DNA of 63,420 bases, filler included, from Trichomonas gallinae (lineage: Eukaryota), in assembly GCA_008369845.1 (NCBI GenBank). It is 4 parts of 4 records of this genome, joined end to end, with 100 filler letters (N's around TTAATTAATTAA, not from the genome) between each part and the next. Parts side by side here need not be neighbours in the genome. Positions count along the whole stretch, not along the records: positions 25,536 to 46,651 come from MRSU01000984.1; 3 more parts are not named here. One strand, written 5' to 3'. Shown piece after piece: positions 31,637 through 43,285 of the stretch. Under the pieces are notes generated by a model. It had not been told where the DNA came from and ran no database searches. It saw only the letters and a program-made list of their open reading frames with translations. The number at the start of each line of letters is the position of its first letter. The first letter of the stretch is position 1. Made by a program: the position numbers and the translations under genes.

Positions 31637-33376
31637 ATGCAGATAATTTTGAATCAAGATCAACTTTTTAAAGATAAAACAACAATACATCATATCTACG
31701 AGAATTTAAAGCTTAACATATATCGATATATTGATCAAATAGTCGATGATTTACACACAATTGCAAATAATTGCAAAGTCATCTCGGAAAACAGCGAAAT
31801 TTTATCAGATAATGCTAATATATGCAATCAACTGAAAATGTACAGAATGATATCAACATTTATTTTGAAAAAGAGCGAAAAAATGTTAAAAATATATAAT
31901 TTTAATTGGGAACAAACGATAACAGATCAAATTAACAAAATAAATCAAATATTCAACAGTATGCCAACTTACCTGAAGCAGTACTATGCGTTTTCGGCAT
32001 CATTTTATTCAATTATACCAACAAATCAAAATACAGACAATAAACGCCAAATTCCATTTCAGAACCAACAAAATACTGTTACACAATCTGAAAATTCATA
32101 TGAATGCCCATTTACTCCAAGTAAAAAAATTTCGAGACAACAAAGTCTGCGAATTTTCCATCCATCGGAGAAGAAGCAGATAGAAAGAACAAGGTCGATT
32201 CCAATTCACGCTTTTCAGCCTCAAAATACGCATTTAATGCAGAGAGTCGCTTCGAAGGGCATTTCTCGGCAAAATACATCAGATTTAAATCAAGAAGATG
32301 TTAAAGATACAAAATCCACAGAAGAAAGTTCAATAGAGTCACAAGAAATTCAAAAAGAAGATAATTTTGAAAAAGTTGAATTAAGGCACCAAGAACAACA
32401 TGAAAAGAGCACTTTAGAAGATGAGGAATACATTTCCGAATTCGAGGAAGAAGAAGATACAAAAGAATTGATTATTCCTGTAAGACCTCCACTTCCCAAG
32501 CATAAAATGATCAAAACTATTCGAAAAAAGGTAGAAAAAACAAATGACAATCGACAAAAGCGAAAAAGAATTTTATATGGGAAATCTGTTCAAAAAGGTT
32601 ATGGACATCCAAATTCAAAAACAGTTGCATTTTTTAGAGGTGTCAATGACCCAGAATTTGAAGAATCTTCGGATTCAGAATATGAATACGACGAAATTAT
32701 TTATTCAGATGATGATAATTCTCCATTTGTACCATTTAAGATACCAGAACAACCACCGCGTTATTCAATTCCATCAAGATTGTGTATATTAAATGATCAC
32801 ATCTTTGAGCCTCCGAGGCTTCCGCCTGCTCCAGCACTAGGCGCCAAGAAGCCAGCAGCCCAGACGAATAAGCGTCAATTGCGTGTTATATTTGATAGGG
32901 ATGAACTTGCGTTATTAGACGATTCTTCATCATCAAGTGACAATGATGATTATACTAAAGTACCTAAAAGTGTTGGAAGACCAAGAAAAATCAAGGAGCC
33001 ACAAGCTAATTTCGTTCCACCACCTGATAAACCACATAATAAGCGTGGAAGACCTCCTGGTCGTAAAAATAAGGTCAACGATGCTCTTAAAGGAGCACCA
33101 AAGAAGCCAGGGCGAACAGAAACCGGTGTTACCGATGAAGATGAAGAATTATTCTGCATTAACATCCAAAGAGCGCAAGAATTCTTGACTGATAAACAGA
33201 GGATCAAACTAGCCAAAAAGTTGCGACGAATTATTGTAAATTCTAATGAAATTCTCGATCAAGAAATATCAGGTATGGAAATTAGTATAGATCTTTCCTT
33301 GCTATCAAACCATACAAAAGCTATCTTGATCAAGACCCTCAGAACATTGTTTTTGGACAATGGTCATGAATATTGA
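31637..33376 (+). CDS. AT-hook protein with C-terminal ET(NET)-like domain
   Basis: AT-hook cores GRPRK and KRGRPPGRK. C-terminal EISIDLSLLSNHTKAIL resembles ET-domain EIEIDF..L...TL. Inr TCATTA at 31628 favours ATG 31637 over 31529. Confidence 0.65.
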   Translation: MQIILNQDQLFKDKTTIHHIYENLKLNIYRYIDQIVDDLHTIANNCKVISENSEILSDNANICNQLKMYRMISTFILKKSEKMLKIYNFNWEQTITDQINKINQIFNSMPTYLKQYYAFSASFYSIIPTNQNTDNKRQIPFQNQQNTVTQSENSYECPFTPSKKISRQQSLRIFHPSEKKQIERTRSIPIHAFQPQNTHLMQRVASKGISRQNTSDLNQEDVKDTKSTEESSIESQEIQKEDNFEKVELRHQEQHEKSTLEDEEYISEFEEEEDTKELIIPVRPPLPKHKMIKTIRKKVEKTNDNRQKRKRILYGKSVQKGYGHPNSKTVAFFRGVNDPEFEESSDSEYEYDEIIYSDDDNSPFVPFKIPEQPPRYSIPSRLCILNDHIFEPPRLPPAPALGAKKPAAQTNKRQLRVIFDRDELALLDDSSSSSDNDDYTKVPKSVGRPRKIKEPQANFVPPPDKPHNKRGRPPGRKNKVNDALKGAPKKPGRTETGVTDEDEELFCINIQRAQEFLTDKQRIKLAKKLRRIIVNSNEILDQEISGMEISIDLSLLSNHTKAILIKTLRTLFLDNGHEY

Positions 33377-33808
33377 AATAAAATTGTTTGTAGTTATTTT
33401 TTATGAAACAATACACAATTATTTAGCTTATAAACCAACATATTTGGCGTTAAAATGAGTATATTTGGCCGTATTGAAGCATAAAAAGAATTATTTTTTT
33501 AATTTTATGAAACAATCCACAACTATTCAGATTACCAATTAACTCATATAAGGATAAAATAATTATATTTAGTTGCGTTGAAGCAATAAAAAGAGTATTT
33601 TTTATGAAAAAATATTTTTTTTTGACATAATTGCAATTTGAGCCTAAAATTGGATTATTATAATGATAAGATGTATGAATATGAAATAAAAAGTGTTTCA
33701 GAGGCGAAAATTCGTGATTTTCTTGGGAATTTTTGGTTTGTTGCTATGTGAAAAGTGATTATTTATGTGTAATGAATCTTAAAATAAAATTAAAATTTAT
33801 TAAAAAAA

Positions 33809-34753
33809 ATGTCGCAGCCTGTTGTAGTCAACCACATAACATTCACAAGCGACGGCAAAACGATGTGCGTGAGCTACTCCAATGGATTTGGTGTCTACAA
33901 TACATATCCTTTCGAAGAGAAATTCAGGCAAATCGAGAATCGCCAAATTTCGCATGCAGTAACATTAACAGGAATCAACAAAGTAGTGTATTCAGGCGTC
34001 GAAGGGCAGCGAGCTTTTAGTGATAAATCAGTCTGCGTCTTCGATTGCTCAATACATAGACCTCTAACTCAGATTGACTGCCCAGAAACAATCAAAGGCT
34101 TGTATATGCTTCAGAAGATGTTCGCCATCGCGTTAAAGAATGAAGTAAGAGTATACAACTTCGAGCCAGCAGGCTTATACACGCAATTAAGGTGCGTTGT
34201 TAATGAAAATGCACCATGCGACTTTACAATACTAGATAATAACTACGTGATCGCTATGTGCGGCAGACAAACTGGTGCTTTACGTATCGTTTCTGTCGAA
34301 GCAAGCGGTTCATTGGACAGATCGATTAATGCTCACACACATCAGATCTCACACATCAAATTTAACATAGATGGATCAATGGTTGCTACTTCCAGTGAAG
34401 TTGGCACAATCATTCGCGTTTTTAATTCAAGATTAGGAGATAAAATTTGCGAATTCAGACGTGGCTCATTTTCAGCCACAATTCAGAGCATTGCATTTTG
34501 TCCGAATGCTAACATTATCGCCAGTACATCATCAAAGAACACCCTTCACGTTTTCGCAATTCAAGATAATTCAGACGAAACAAAACGCTCAACAGCTTCA
34601 TGGAAGGTTCCAGAGAGCAGCTACACATCCATTTCTTTCGTTGGTGACAACAAAATTATTGCTGCGATTTCATCCGGCGTCGTCCATCAACTCAAATACA
34701 ATGACGAGTTAAATGATCTTTCTCAAGAGAAATTCACTAGCTTCATGAATTAA
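33809..34753 (+). CDS. ATG18: Atg18/WIPI PROPPIN beta-propeller
   Basis: INAH...ATSSEVGTIIRVF...EFRRG phosphoinositide-binding motif...SSKNTLHVF. Confidence 0.9.
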   Translation: MSQPVVVNHITFTSDGKTMCVSYSNGFGVYNTYPFEEKFRQIENRQISHAVTLTGINKVVYSGVEGQRAFSDKSVCVFDCSIHRPLTQIDCPETIKGLYMLQKMFAIALKNEVRVYNFEPAGLYTQLRCVVNENAPCDFTILDNNYVIAMCGRQTGALRIVSVEASGSLDRSINAHTHQISHIKFNIDGSMVATSSEVGTIIRVFNSRLGDKICEFRRGSFSATIQSIAFCPNANIIASTSSKNTLHVFAIQDNSDETKRSTASWKVPESSYTSISFVGDNKIIAAISSGVVHQLKYNDELNDLSQEKFTSFMN

Positions 34754-35000
34754 TTTGTGTTGTTATCGATTAAATACTAGTCTGTTATTAAATTTATTTC
34801 AAAATTTGCTATTCATTATCATTTTTATTATCACCTCATATAACAGTTATATGTTTTTGCATTAGAAAATAACAAATATGTCTAAAATTCAAATTATATC
34901 TAATTTATCATTGTCAAAAGCAGAAATTATAAACATATTTACAGTGATATATTCTTACAATGACTAAACACATTCTGTGTTTTATATTTTTATTTTTAAT

Positions 35001-35984
35001 TTATATATTAGTTTTATATTCAGTAAATAATGCAATTACTGGGTACACAGATCTATCTGTATAATGTGTTCTTTTGCATGTGACTACCTCTCTTAATAGT
35101 TTGTTTTTGATGATGGTTTGACATCCTACTAATTTCATTGGCTGAATGATTAAGTTTTTTGAGCTATCAATAACTCTTTCTGGATAAATTTTAGAAGCGT
35201 TAGGATTATTCATATAACAAGACTCAATATTGAGGTTACCCTTTGATATATAAAACAAATAATTAGATACTTCAACGTTGTCAACAAAATTACAAGAGTG
35301 AAATCTACCGTTTGTTTCAAAATATAATACCCCATTATAACTACATACATTTGACAGTACATCGCAGTGGGAATATTTGAAAGTGTAAGAACCATAATGA
35401 CCCATACTTCCAAAATATTTATTGGATGTGTTGTTTGCATATGATGTATAAGCAATTTGAGCATTTTGATCTCTCGCATCCATATAAACACATGCATATC
35501 TTTCCACATTAGAGTCAGATATATTAGTCTTCAATATCTTTATGTCACCATAATATAGAGATAAAGGAGCACCACCCATTTGTGTTGAAAGACTTTTTAC
35601 AATGCTGGATTCAATAACATAAACTTTACCGCTAAAAGGGTTAAAACTATATAAAACTATTCCTTGGTTTCTTGAATTCATTTGACACTCATATGTACAA
35701 ACCTTATTCAGCACAATTCCTCTATGAACAAAATATATAACTGTTCCATCTTCGGCAGAAGAACTTATCAAATTAAATTTACAAGACTCTACTACTAAAA
35801 ATGAAGTGTCACCGCTACTTTTATAAACACAATAAATTACTCTGTTAGACAAACCTCTCACTATAGATGATCCAAAATATACAAGTTGGTTATTAGAAAT
35901 TGTATATGTTTCTTTTGAAGAATATGATGTCACATAGGTTACCGAAGAGATTGTAGAGAAAAAGTCAGCCCATTCAGTATTGAG
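35001..35984 (-). pseudogene. Trichomonad beta-helix (pectin-lyase-like) family gene, start codon apparently missing
   Basis: Open frame with EWADFF N-terminus, Asn/Ser/Cys ladders (SCNFVDN) and VTCK tail. No ATG before codon ~118. Confidence 0.55.
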
Positions 35985-36382
35985 CTGTATTATATTCAGA
36001 ATCTCAAAAGCCTTAATTTTTAAAATGATCAAATTTCAAATTTAATAAATATAGCAACAAAAAGGTCATATCAGTCACGTAAACACATCAGGGCTCCATT
36101 TCCGCCTTTATTTGCGGCTGATTCAGCATCCTTATATTAAATAAAAGATTTAATTTTAACATTGAATTTTTGACAATTTCTGATTCACTCTCAAATCTGT
36201 TATTATCAATTTCCGATTTTATTTCGTTTTTGTGCTACATACAACCTATCCATAATGTTTAAACGATTTATTTCTGAAATATCGACATCCTGCAAAAATT
36301 TATTTCCATCGATATTATTATCATTCTAAGATCATTTTCAAAAAAGCTTTCATCGTTTTGCATCCGAAAAGTGACAATCATA

Positions 36383-37534
36383 ATGTTTTCTGTTTTATTC
36401 TCTTATTCATTAAGTTTAGACTACTGCAAGGCTGCACAAATGGCTCCTTCCACACAATCCGGCATGGAGCTCAAATTTATCTCGGTTTTAAGTGATCCTG
36501 GATTGCTGACATCACAAAAAACATATCTTCCAAAGGATAAGCTTGGATCCTGGAAGTGCCATCAAGAAGGTAACAATGGATTTAAGACAAGAATCGCTCC
36601 ATCAATACAATACAGGCATTATCACCAAGTTCTTGATCCACTTTACGCAGAATTCCCAGATAACTGCCGCTTAAATGATTTAACATTACAAGCACGTAAG
36701 GGAACACTCGAATTAGGTAAGGTTTACAGAAAGTATTTGGTTGATGACCTTAAATTCCTTCCAGAAAAACTTCATCCAATGTACTTCAGATTCTTCTCAG
36801 CTCCAGATGACGCCTCTTACCTTGCAACACAAACATTCCTCAATGGTTTGTATCCACCACAATCAGATAATGAAATTCTTACAATCGAAACAGCTGCCGA
36901 TGAAAGGTCTCCATTAACAATCTCCACAAAGTTGTGCAAGAACTTAAGCACCGCTTATGATACATATAAGGCAAATGAATCATACAAATCTTTCTACAGC
37001 ACTACCAAAACAAAGTTAGATGGTGCTTTAAAGGCTGCTGGTCTTGATAAGGAGAAGGCTGATATTGGAAGCTTCTGCAAATTCACATTAGCCATGAAAT
37101 GCAATGAAGGTTCCAAATTGCCTTCAGAGTTTACTGATGATGTCATTTCAAGATGCCAAGAAGTTGTTAAAGTTGAAGAATTGGACTTCTATTCTAACAA
37201 TTCCGCAATTGCATCTGCACCAATTCTCAGGCACTTGCTTAAGTACGGAGACAAGGCTCTCGGACAGAACACAAAGGTTATTGCTAACTATCAGGCGGTT
37301 AGAAACAACGCTATTGCCGCTATTTGCGCTATGTGTGGATACAAGGGCGACGTTCCATTAGGTTCACACCTCGCTTTCGAGATCTTCAGGAACACCACAG
37401 ATCATGTTCAACACGTAAGATTCTCACTCAACGGCAAAGAAATCAAGAATCAAAGATATGACCGCTTCAGAGTAGAGATCGATCCACAAATCGCCGAACC
37501 ATGCCCTGAGCAGAACTTTTTCTATGAGTACTAA
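36383..37534 (+). CDS. Secreted histidine acid phosphatase homologue lacking catalytic motifs
   Basis: Signal peptide; ELKFISVL(SDPG) where RHGxRxP is expected; LT..G..Y..Y; FLNGLYP; VRFSLNG. M2 (36367) and Inr TCATAA (36379) precede ATG 36383. Confidence 0.75.
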   Translation: MFSVLFSYSLSLDYCKAAQMAPSTQSGMELKFISVLSDPGLLTSQKTYLPKDKLGSWKCHQEGNNGFKTRIAPSIQYRHYHQVLDPLYAEFPDNCRLNDLTLQARKGTLELGKVYRKYLVDDLKFLPEKLHPMYFRFFSAPDDASYLATQTFLNGLYPPQSDNEILTIETAADERSPLTISTKLCKNLSTAYDTYKANESYKSFYSTTKTKLDGALKAAGLDKEKADIGSFCKFTLAMKCNEGSKLPSEFTDDVISRCQEVVKVEELDFYSNNSAIASAPILRHLLKYGDKALGQNTKVIANYQAVRNNAIAAICAMCGYKGDVPLGSHLAFEIFRNTTDHVQHVRFSLNGKEIKNQRYDRFRVEIDPQIAEPCPEQNFFYEY

Positions 37535-37621
37535 TTCTATACTATCGAGTAATATTATCCTAAATAATTTAATTTTATTAAAATAGATTTTTTTAAGAAC
37601 AAACCCATCAACAAAGTTAAT

Positions 37622-37918
37622 TTATGTGTTTGTAGTTGATGACGAAGGTTCGGAAGTAGAATAATATTCTGTTGATGTTGAATACGAGTAATATTCCTGT
37701 TCCATTTCCTTAACCTGCTCTGGCTCCGCGACAGGAATCTTTGGAGGTACAGGTTCAGGCACTGGAGGTGGAGCTGGCTTTTCTTCAATTTTTTCTTCAA
37801 CTTTTCTCTCTTGAACAGGCGGCTGTTCCTCGATTTTTTCTTCAACCTTCTTCTCCTCCTTCTTTTCTTCTGTCTGCGGCTTCTCAGTTTTGTCGTTGTA
37901 GTCCGATTCTTTGCACAT
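37622..37918 (-). CDS. Small E/K/P-rich protein or 3' gene fragment
   Basis: 98-aa ORF with coding-like composition (KVEEKIEE x2, PAPPPVPEPVPP). Confidence 0.45.
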   Translation of the reverse strand: MCKESDYNDKTEKPQTEEKKEEKKVEEKIEEQPPVQERKVEEKIEEKPAPPPVPEPVPPKIPVAEPEQVKEMEQEYYSYSTSTEYYSTSEPSSSTTNT

Positions 37919-38507
37919 AAAAAAACTAAAATGGCGTTAAATTTTATTTTTGGTTTTTGATAGAGAAATCATGATTTAGGTATCCAAAATATACATTTTT
38001 CCATTAAAATTTTATTGTTCCGATAATTGTGAATAATACGATTTTTTATTTGTTTTTATAGCATTTTGGAGTGGCAAATACGATGTATATATTTATTTTT
38101 GAAAAATAAATTTATCAAAAACTATTTTTTTTTATTTTTTATCATAGACATGTTTCAACTACAAAAGATCGAAATCAAGATATTCCAGTATAGCATGTGT
38201 ATTTATATCAATGTACATATTCTATATATACAGTTGGACCATAGTATTATCATTGCATTTTATGATTATTTTCGATTTTTTAATTATAAAATCACTTTTT
38301 TTATATTTATGAATTTCTCTATGGTTCTTTGATAACTTTTTGAGTTTTTCTAGTATGTTATTCTCATGGTCCTGTAGTATCTATATCCTTAATTTGGAAG
38401 TATTCTGCTACTAAGATTAAGTATTTTTTAACACTTTTTTTGTAGTATTTGGAAAATGAAATATCAAAATATAATATTTTATAAAACAACAATAAAAAAC
38501 AAAAAAA

Positions 38508-41500
38508 TTAATTGAAATAGCTCATGAACCATTGACTGAATGTGGCTGCAGCTGGCTGTGCTATGATTCTCCCTGTTGGGTCAGTGACCATCAAAGTCAG
38601 CATTCCGTCAGTATTTCTCGCGTTGAATCCGACAGCTTTCTCTCCTATTTGTATTGTGCACTTGATCTCATTCCTGTACGGGTTCATTCCGAATGTCTTA
38701 AACAGCGCAATCCAGTTGACTTTGCCAGGATAATGCACAAGCGTGCTCATGAACCCGAAAACGAATGTCGCGAGGCCTCTGTCCATCATCGAGGCTGCCT
38801 CAACGAGAACAGTAGAGATTGCTGTGCGAACTTGCCTGTCTGGAATAAACTGGATCAAATTGGAAGAGAGCTCAGATAGTTCTGGGAAGTTTGGACTGCT
38901 TATCTCGAAGCCTTCGCACGTATGATGGACCGTGACATCGCTTTTTTTGTATATATAAGAAAAGTCTTGCTGCTCTTCGCCAACGAACTGTCTGTCTCTA
39001 AGATAGAACTCTTCTTTAAGGAAACTCTCGATGTATTGGCGCATTTCTTCGCATTGGTCCATTCTCACGCGAAATGCTGCATGAGATAAAGGAATTGACT
39101 TGAAAAGTCTTGGGAAATGAGAAAGAGGAAGTCTCAGTCTGACAGATGGAGCAATTGTTGGGACAACGACTGCGAAATCTTTGACCGGCTTCAATTGAAT
39201 ATTTAGCGTCAAAGCTTTGTCCTTCATTTTCGTGTAAATCAAGCTGAATGACAAGCTTGGGTCTATACCTGTAATAAGCCAGCCAACTCTCGAGAAAATT
39301 CTCCTGAATTGAACCAAAGCAGCCAATCTTCCAGAAATTATTGCGCCAAATGACTCAGCGGCTCCATATTTCATAGGAAGGAATGGATAATTCAGCGGAC
39401 AATGCGGTGTGAATGTGAAATTCGCTCTTGGCGCGATTCCATTAATATCTTTGAAGACAGATTCCATTTGTCCGACCTTGTAGAAGTCGTTTTGCTCTGC
39501 GAAGCTTATATGAAGAGTACTTGATGCGGCTCTGATCGAAAAATTCAAATCATTTATCAAAGTTATATCATAATCTTTCAATTCGACGCAAGTTCCTGTG
39601 ATTCTGTTTTGATAAAGGCCAATATATTGTATTGACTTGATCAGGTACATAATATAAACATCAAATCTCATTGAAATTATTCTTCCAACGAAAATGATGC
39701 TTCCGAACGAATGGAATGGAAATGTGCGTCTATCTATTGATAATGACCAGTATCCTGACTTACGAATCTTGAATTTCACGTGTAATTGTGGATGGAAAAT
39801 TGCCATGACTTTATCATTAGTTCTGATGACCTTAAGTGCATGCTTTCGCATCTTCTTTTCGATAGACAATAGCAGCATCGTGTACATTGAGTTTAAAATG
39901 TGATCATTAACTTTTGTAAATTCTGTAACGCAACTGTTGTCGAAAACGATTGAATTCATTGACCTGTTCTGTAAACCATTATTATCGACAACTTTGACAA
40001 CGAAATTTTGAGGAAGACGAGATGCAATCATTCTAAAATCTTGCGCGAACGAATAAGAGATGCCAATTGAAAGGGCAGCCTTGCTGGACATGTTCTGTGT
40101 CTGGCATTGAGGCAAAGCTCCTTGTGTTGGGCTTGCAATTCTCAAAACTCTGAAACTCCACAAATTCATCGCTAATACACTGATTGCATCAGCTACTTCA
40201 CGTGGACCTCTTCTTAGGGCATCGGAAATGATAGAAACATTGCCAGCAGGATAAAAATCAGTAATTGATGATGGTTTTCCGTTTTGTGATGAAAATGTGA
40301 TTCTCGCGACTTGTATATGCGCGTATTCTATAGATATGTAGCCAGATGATACGTGATTCATCGGATAAAGAAGAGAAATGTCAAATAACGAAAATGGAGT
40401 AAAAGCCAGCGAACGACAAATCAAGAAGAAACAGTTATGCTTGTGCGTGAATATTGTTGTGTCGTGAAGCTTCGTGAGAATTTCTGGAATGTCTGGAAAC
40501 ATATTTAAGCAAAAAGACATTATTTTGCGATTTGGCTTGAATTGCATTTCATCTGATGAATAAAAATTAGCCTCAGCAGTCTTGAAGTCATCAGGGATCT
40601 CCAAAACTGGAATTTTGCTGATAATTTGGACTTTATCATCTTTAATAAAAACTCTGTAAGTGCAAAGCGGACTGTAATATCCTAAAAATCTTATGGATAC
40701 AGAATTTTCGTGTCTTTTGATGTCAAAGTTGAATTGTTCTTGGTATTTCATGAGTTCTTTGACTATGTATAGATATTGGCCAATTAAGTAAATTTTGTGT
40801 AGTGCTGCATCAAGATCCTTGAGTCTTTCGAATAATTTTAAGTCTAATCTGATAAATGGACTAATTAACGATTTAACGAGATCTTCTTTCGCAGGTATAT
40901 TTTTTGGCCATATAATTTCCACTCTTGTCACCTGTAAGAATTGTCTCGAATCGATTTTAATCAACAAAAGATATTCGTCGTTGTAAAATGCAAATTCATT
41001 TAATGAAATCTGCGTTAAACATTTAAGACGGGCCGAAGCTGGCTTCCTCATCAAAAGCATGAGATAAAAAAGCCTGATTTGCTCTTTTGTCGGCTTTAAA
41101 TTAATTGATGGAATATAATTTTCGACTTTAAGAGCAGGAACTTTGTCATTTTTGTGGATTTTTGCAGATTCTGATTGTATTATATCGATGTATTTCCTCG
41201 TATTTATCGAAACGTCCGACTTTAGATTATTTGAAAGCAAGTATCTGTAAATATTTCTGTTTTTCCTATACCAACGGAGTATTGCCAGCAGCCTCGATAA
41301 TAATACCTGAGTTTGGTAGATTTTCTCCGTTAATTTTAATTTTGATGAATAATTCTTCGGTAAGGATGCCAAAGAATTCATATTTCGCTCCGATATTGCC
41401 AGCACACTCGATAAAATCGTTTTGATATCGATGACCTCTCCAAGATGGGAAAACCTTGGATTGGCGGGCAACATCCTCCGCCGAAATTGATCCCGAAAAA

Positions 41501-41513
41501 AATGCCAAGACAT
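38508..41513 (-). CDS. Mediator subunit Med14-like protein
   Basis: N-terminal IDIKTILSSVL...SLASLP...KLKLTEKIYQTQVLLSRLLAILRW matches the Med14/Rgr1 pattern (..TRQLFVRLLALVKW), followed by repeated alpha/beta modules. Confidence 0.65.
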   Translation of the reverse strand: MSWHFFRDQFRRRMLPANPRFSHLGEVIDIKTILSSVLAISERNMNSLASLPKNYSSKLKLTEKIYQTQVLLSRLLAILRWYRKNRNIYRYLLSNNLKSDVSINTRKYIDIIQSESAKIHKNDKVPALKVENYIPSINLKPTKEQIRLFYLMLLMRKPASARLKCLTQISLNEFAFYNDEYLLLIKIDSRQFLQVTRVEIIWPKNIPAKEDLVKSLISPFIRLDLKLFERLKDLDAALHKIYLIGQYLYIVKELMKYQEQFNFDIKRHENSVSIRFLGYYSPLCTYRVFIKDDKVQIISKIPVLEIPDDFKTAEANFYSSDEMQFKPNRKIMSFCLNMFPDIPEILTKLHDTTIFTHKHNCFFLICRSLAFTPFSLFDISLLYPMNHVSSGYISIEYAHIQVARITFSSQNGKPSSITDFYPAGNVSIISDALRRGPREVADAISVLAMNLWSFRVLRIASPTQGALPQCQTQNMSSKAALSIGISYSFAQDFRMIASRLPQNFVVKVVDNNGLQNRSMNSIVFDNSCVTEFTKVNDHILNSMYTMLLLSIEKKMRKHALKVIRTNDKVMAIFHPQLHVKFKIRKSGYWSLSIDRRTFPFHSFGSIIFVGRIISMRFDVYIMYLIKSIQYIGLYQNRITGTCVELKDYDITLINDLNFSIRAASSTLHISFAEQNDFYKVGQMESVFKDINGIAPRANFTFTPHCPLNYPFLPMKYGAAESFGAIISGRLAALVQFRRIFSRVGWLITGIDPSLSFSLIYTKMKDKALTLNIQLKPVKDFAVVVPTIAPSVRLRLPLSHFPRLFKSIPLSHAAFRVRMDQCEEMRQYIESFLKEEFYLRDRQFVGEEQQDFSYIYKKSDVTVHHTCEGFEISSPNFPELSELSSNLIQFIPDRQVRTAISTVLVEAASMMDRGLATFVFGFMSTLVHYPGKVNWIALFKTFGMNPYRNEIKCTIQIGEKAVGFNARNTDGMLTLMVTDPTGRIIAQPAAATFSQWFMSYFN

Positions 41514-41963
41514 GTTATATTCGGCTGTTATTTTAATAGATTGATTATTTTGATAGAAAGTCGTTCAAAACTTTTTATATTGAATTCAATATTTGTCGAT
41601 TTTTAGCATTTGATACAAAAAACATGAGTTCCTACATCAATACGTTTTAATTATGAATAATTTGAATTAATATTTTGTAATCTAAAACCAAAATTGTCGT
41701 GGATGAAATTTGTTGCTTTTCTCAAAATACAAGCAACTTAAACCAATTACAACTAATATGTCTCATTAATTATTGGACACTATATTATGCCATCTCTCTG
41801 AAATGAGTTAATCACAAGGTTTCTCGTTGAACGATTTCGATAGTAATTCACATATGTTTGTTTTTTCTTTTTTTTCATTTCTTAATTATAGGAATAACAC
41901 CAATTAGATAATACAATTATTTCCTATTGACAAATATAGACCAGCAAGATAATATTTCGACAT

Positions 41964-42062
41964 ACTATGCTTAATGGCTCATTTGTATATCCAACAATTG
42001 ATGGAAATGAAGCTGTAAGAATTATGGAGATTGAAACTTCATTATTCGTGAACACATGCTGA
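41964..42062 (+). pseudogene. 3'-end relic of glycine-rich family gene
   Basis: TMLNGSFVYPTIDGNEAVRIMEIETSLFVNTC* parallels the C-terminus of the 42264 gene. Confidence 0.6.
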
Positions 42063-42263
42063 AATGAGTTATTATTTTGGTATCTAGCAATATTAAATTT
42101 AAAAATATCTCCAATAGTTGTTGATTTGTCAGAAATAAGTAAACTTTGAATGATTTACATGTCAGAGATGTAATATTTTGTCAAATAAAATTAAAATTTG
42201 AATTATTTACATGTCATTAAATTATAAATGTGATTTTATTTAGACTTCTTCGATTAAGACCGT

Positions 42264-43196
42264 TTGATTACACATGAATATCAATTTCCTTGCCCAAATA
42301 CCCCTGATGCTTGTCATCCCATTAAAATAGACCTAAAAAAAGGTAATTATTTAATTGAGATTTGGGGTGCACGTGGCGGTCTTAGTACAAATGATGGCAC
42401 CACATATAGTACAGATTCATCAGGAGCATATGTTTCAGGAAATTTGAAGTTAGTTAATAATCAAACTTTTTTCTTATATCTGGGCGGAAAAGGTGCCCAT
42501 GGGAGCTCAAAAGTGAATTCAATAGCATTAGGTGGATACAATGGAGGCGGAAATGGAGGCCCAGATACGAATGACGATGATGGCTGTGGGGCAGGAGGGG
42601 GAGCCTCCGATTTAAGGTTAATTGAGTCCCTTCCCGGCCAAGAAATTCTTTCTATGAGAAGTCGTGTTATGGTTGCAGCTGGTGGCTCTGGAGGTTGTAC
42701 CACATATAGAGGATCCCCTGGTGGAGAACTTTTTGGAATGAAATTAAATGATCAAACGAAATTTGAAATATCTCCAAATGTAAACCAAACTTCTGGATAT
42801 TCATTTGGGAAGGGCGCTAATGGTCTTCCTTACACAACTGCTCCATCATCAGGCGGTGGAGGTGGATATTATGGAGGATTTGCTGGTGTTATAGATAAAA
42901 TAGGGAGATGGTATTTGCACGTAGGAATAAGTGGTTCCTCGTTTATTAGTGGACATCCTGGGTGTGATGCTGTTGATAAAGATGGTGTTCACACAGGAAG
43001 TCCAAATCATTATTCTGAAATTGTGTTAACGAACACTTTCATGAATAGCAACGTATCATTTTCCCCTAGTAATGGTAATGGTGCAGCTCGCATTACTCGA
43101 CTTGATGTTCGTCCATTATTTGCTTCATGCATTAATGATGATATCCAATGGATGAAATATATCATGATGATTACTAATGTCGAGATAATTTGTTAG
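42264..43196 (+). pseudogene. Glycine-rich (ALK/LTK-like GR domain) family gene, no in-frame ATG
   Basis: YLIEIWGARGG, GGYNGGGNG, GAGGGASDLR, VMVAAGGSG, GSSFISG, GNGAARIT. An in-frame stop lies at 42255 and there is no N-terminal ATG. Confidence 0.7.
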
Positions 43197-43285
43197 AATA
43201 AAACTATTATTTGTTCAACGCACAAAATTTTCAAAAAGCTTCACTTTACAAAAAATACGTTACCTAGATTTGTTGATCCGTAAAA

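Noticed and set aside
36065..36135. Possible C/D snoRNA on the minus strand (ATGCTGA...CTGA...CTGA)
   Set aside because: Box C is imperfect, there is no terminal stem, and I could not identify an rRNA guide; may be a coding crumb.
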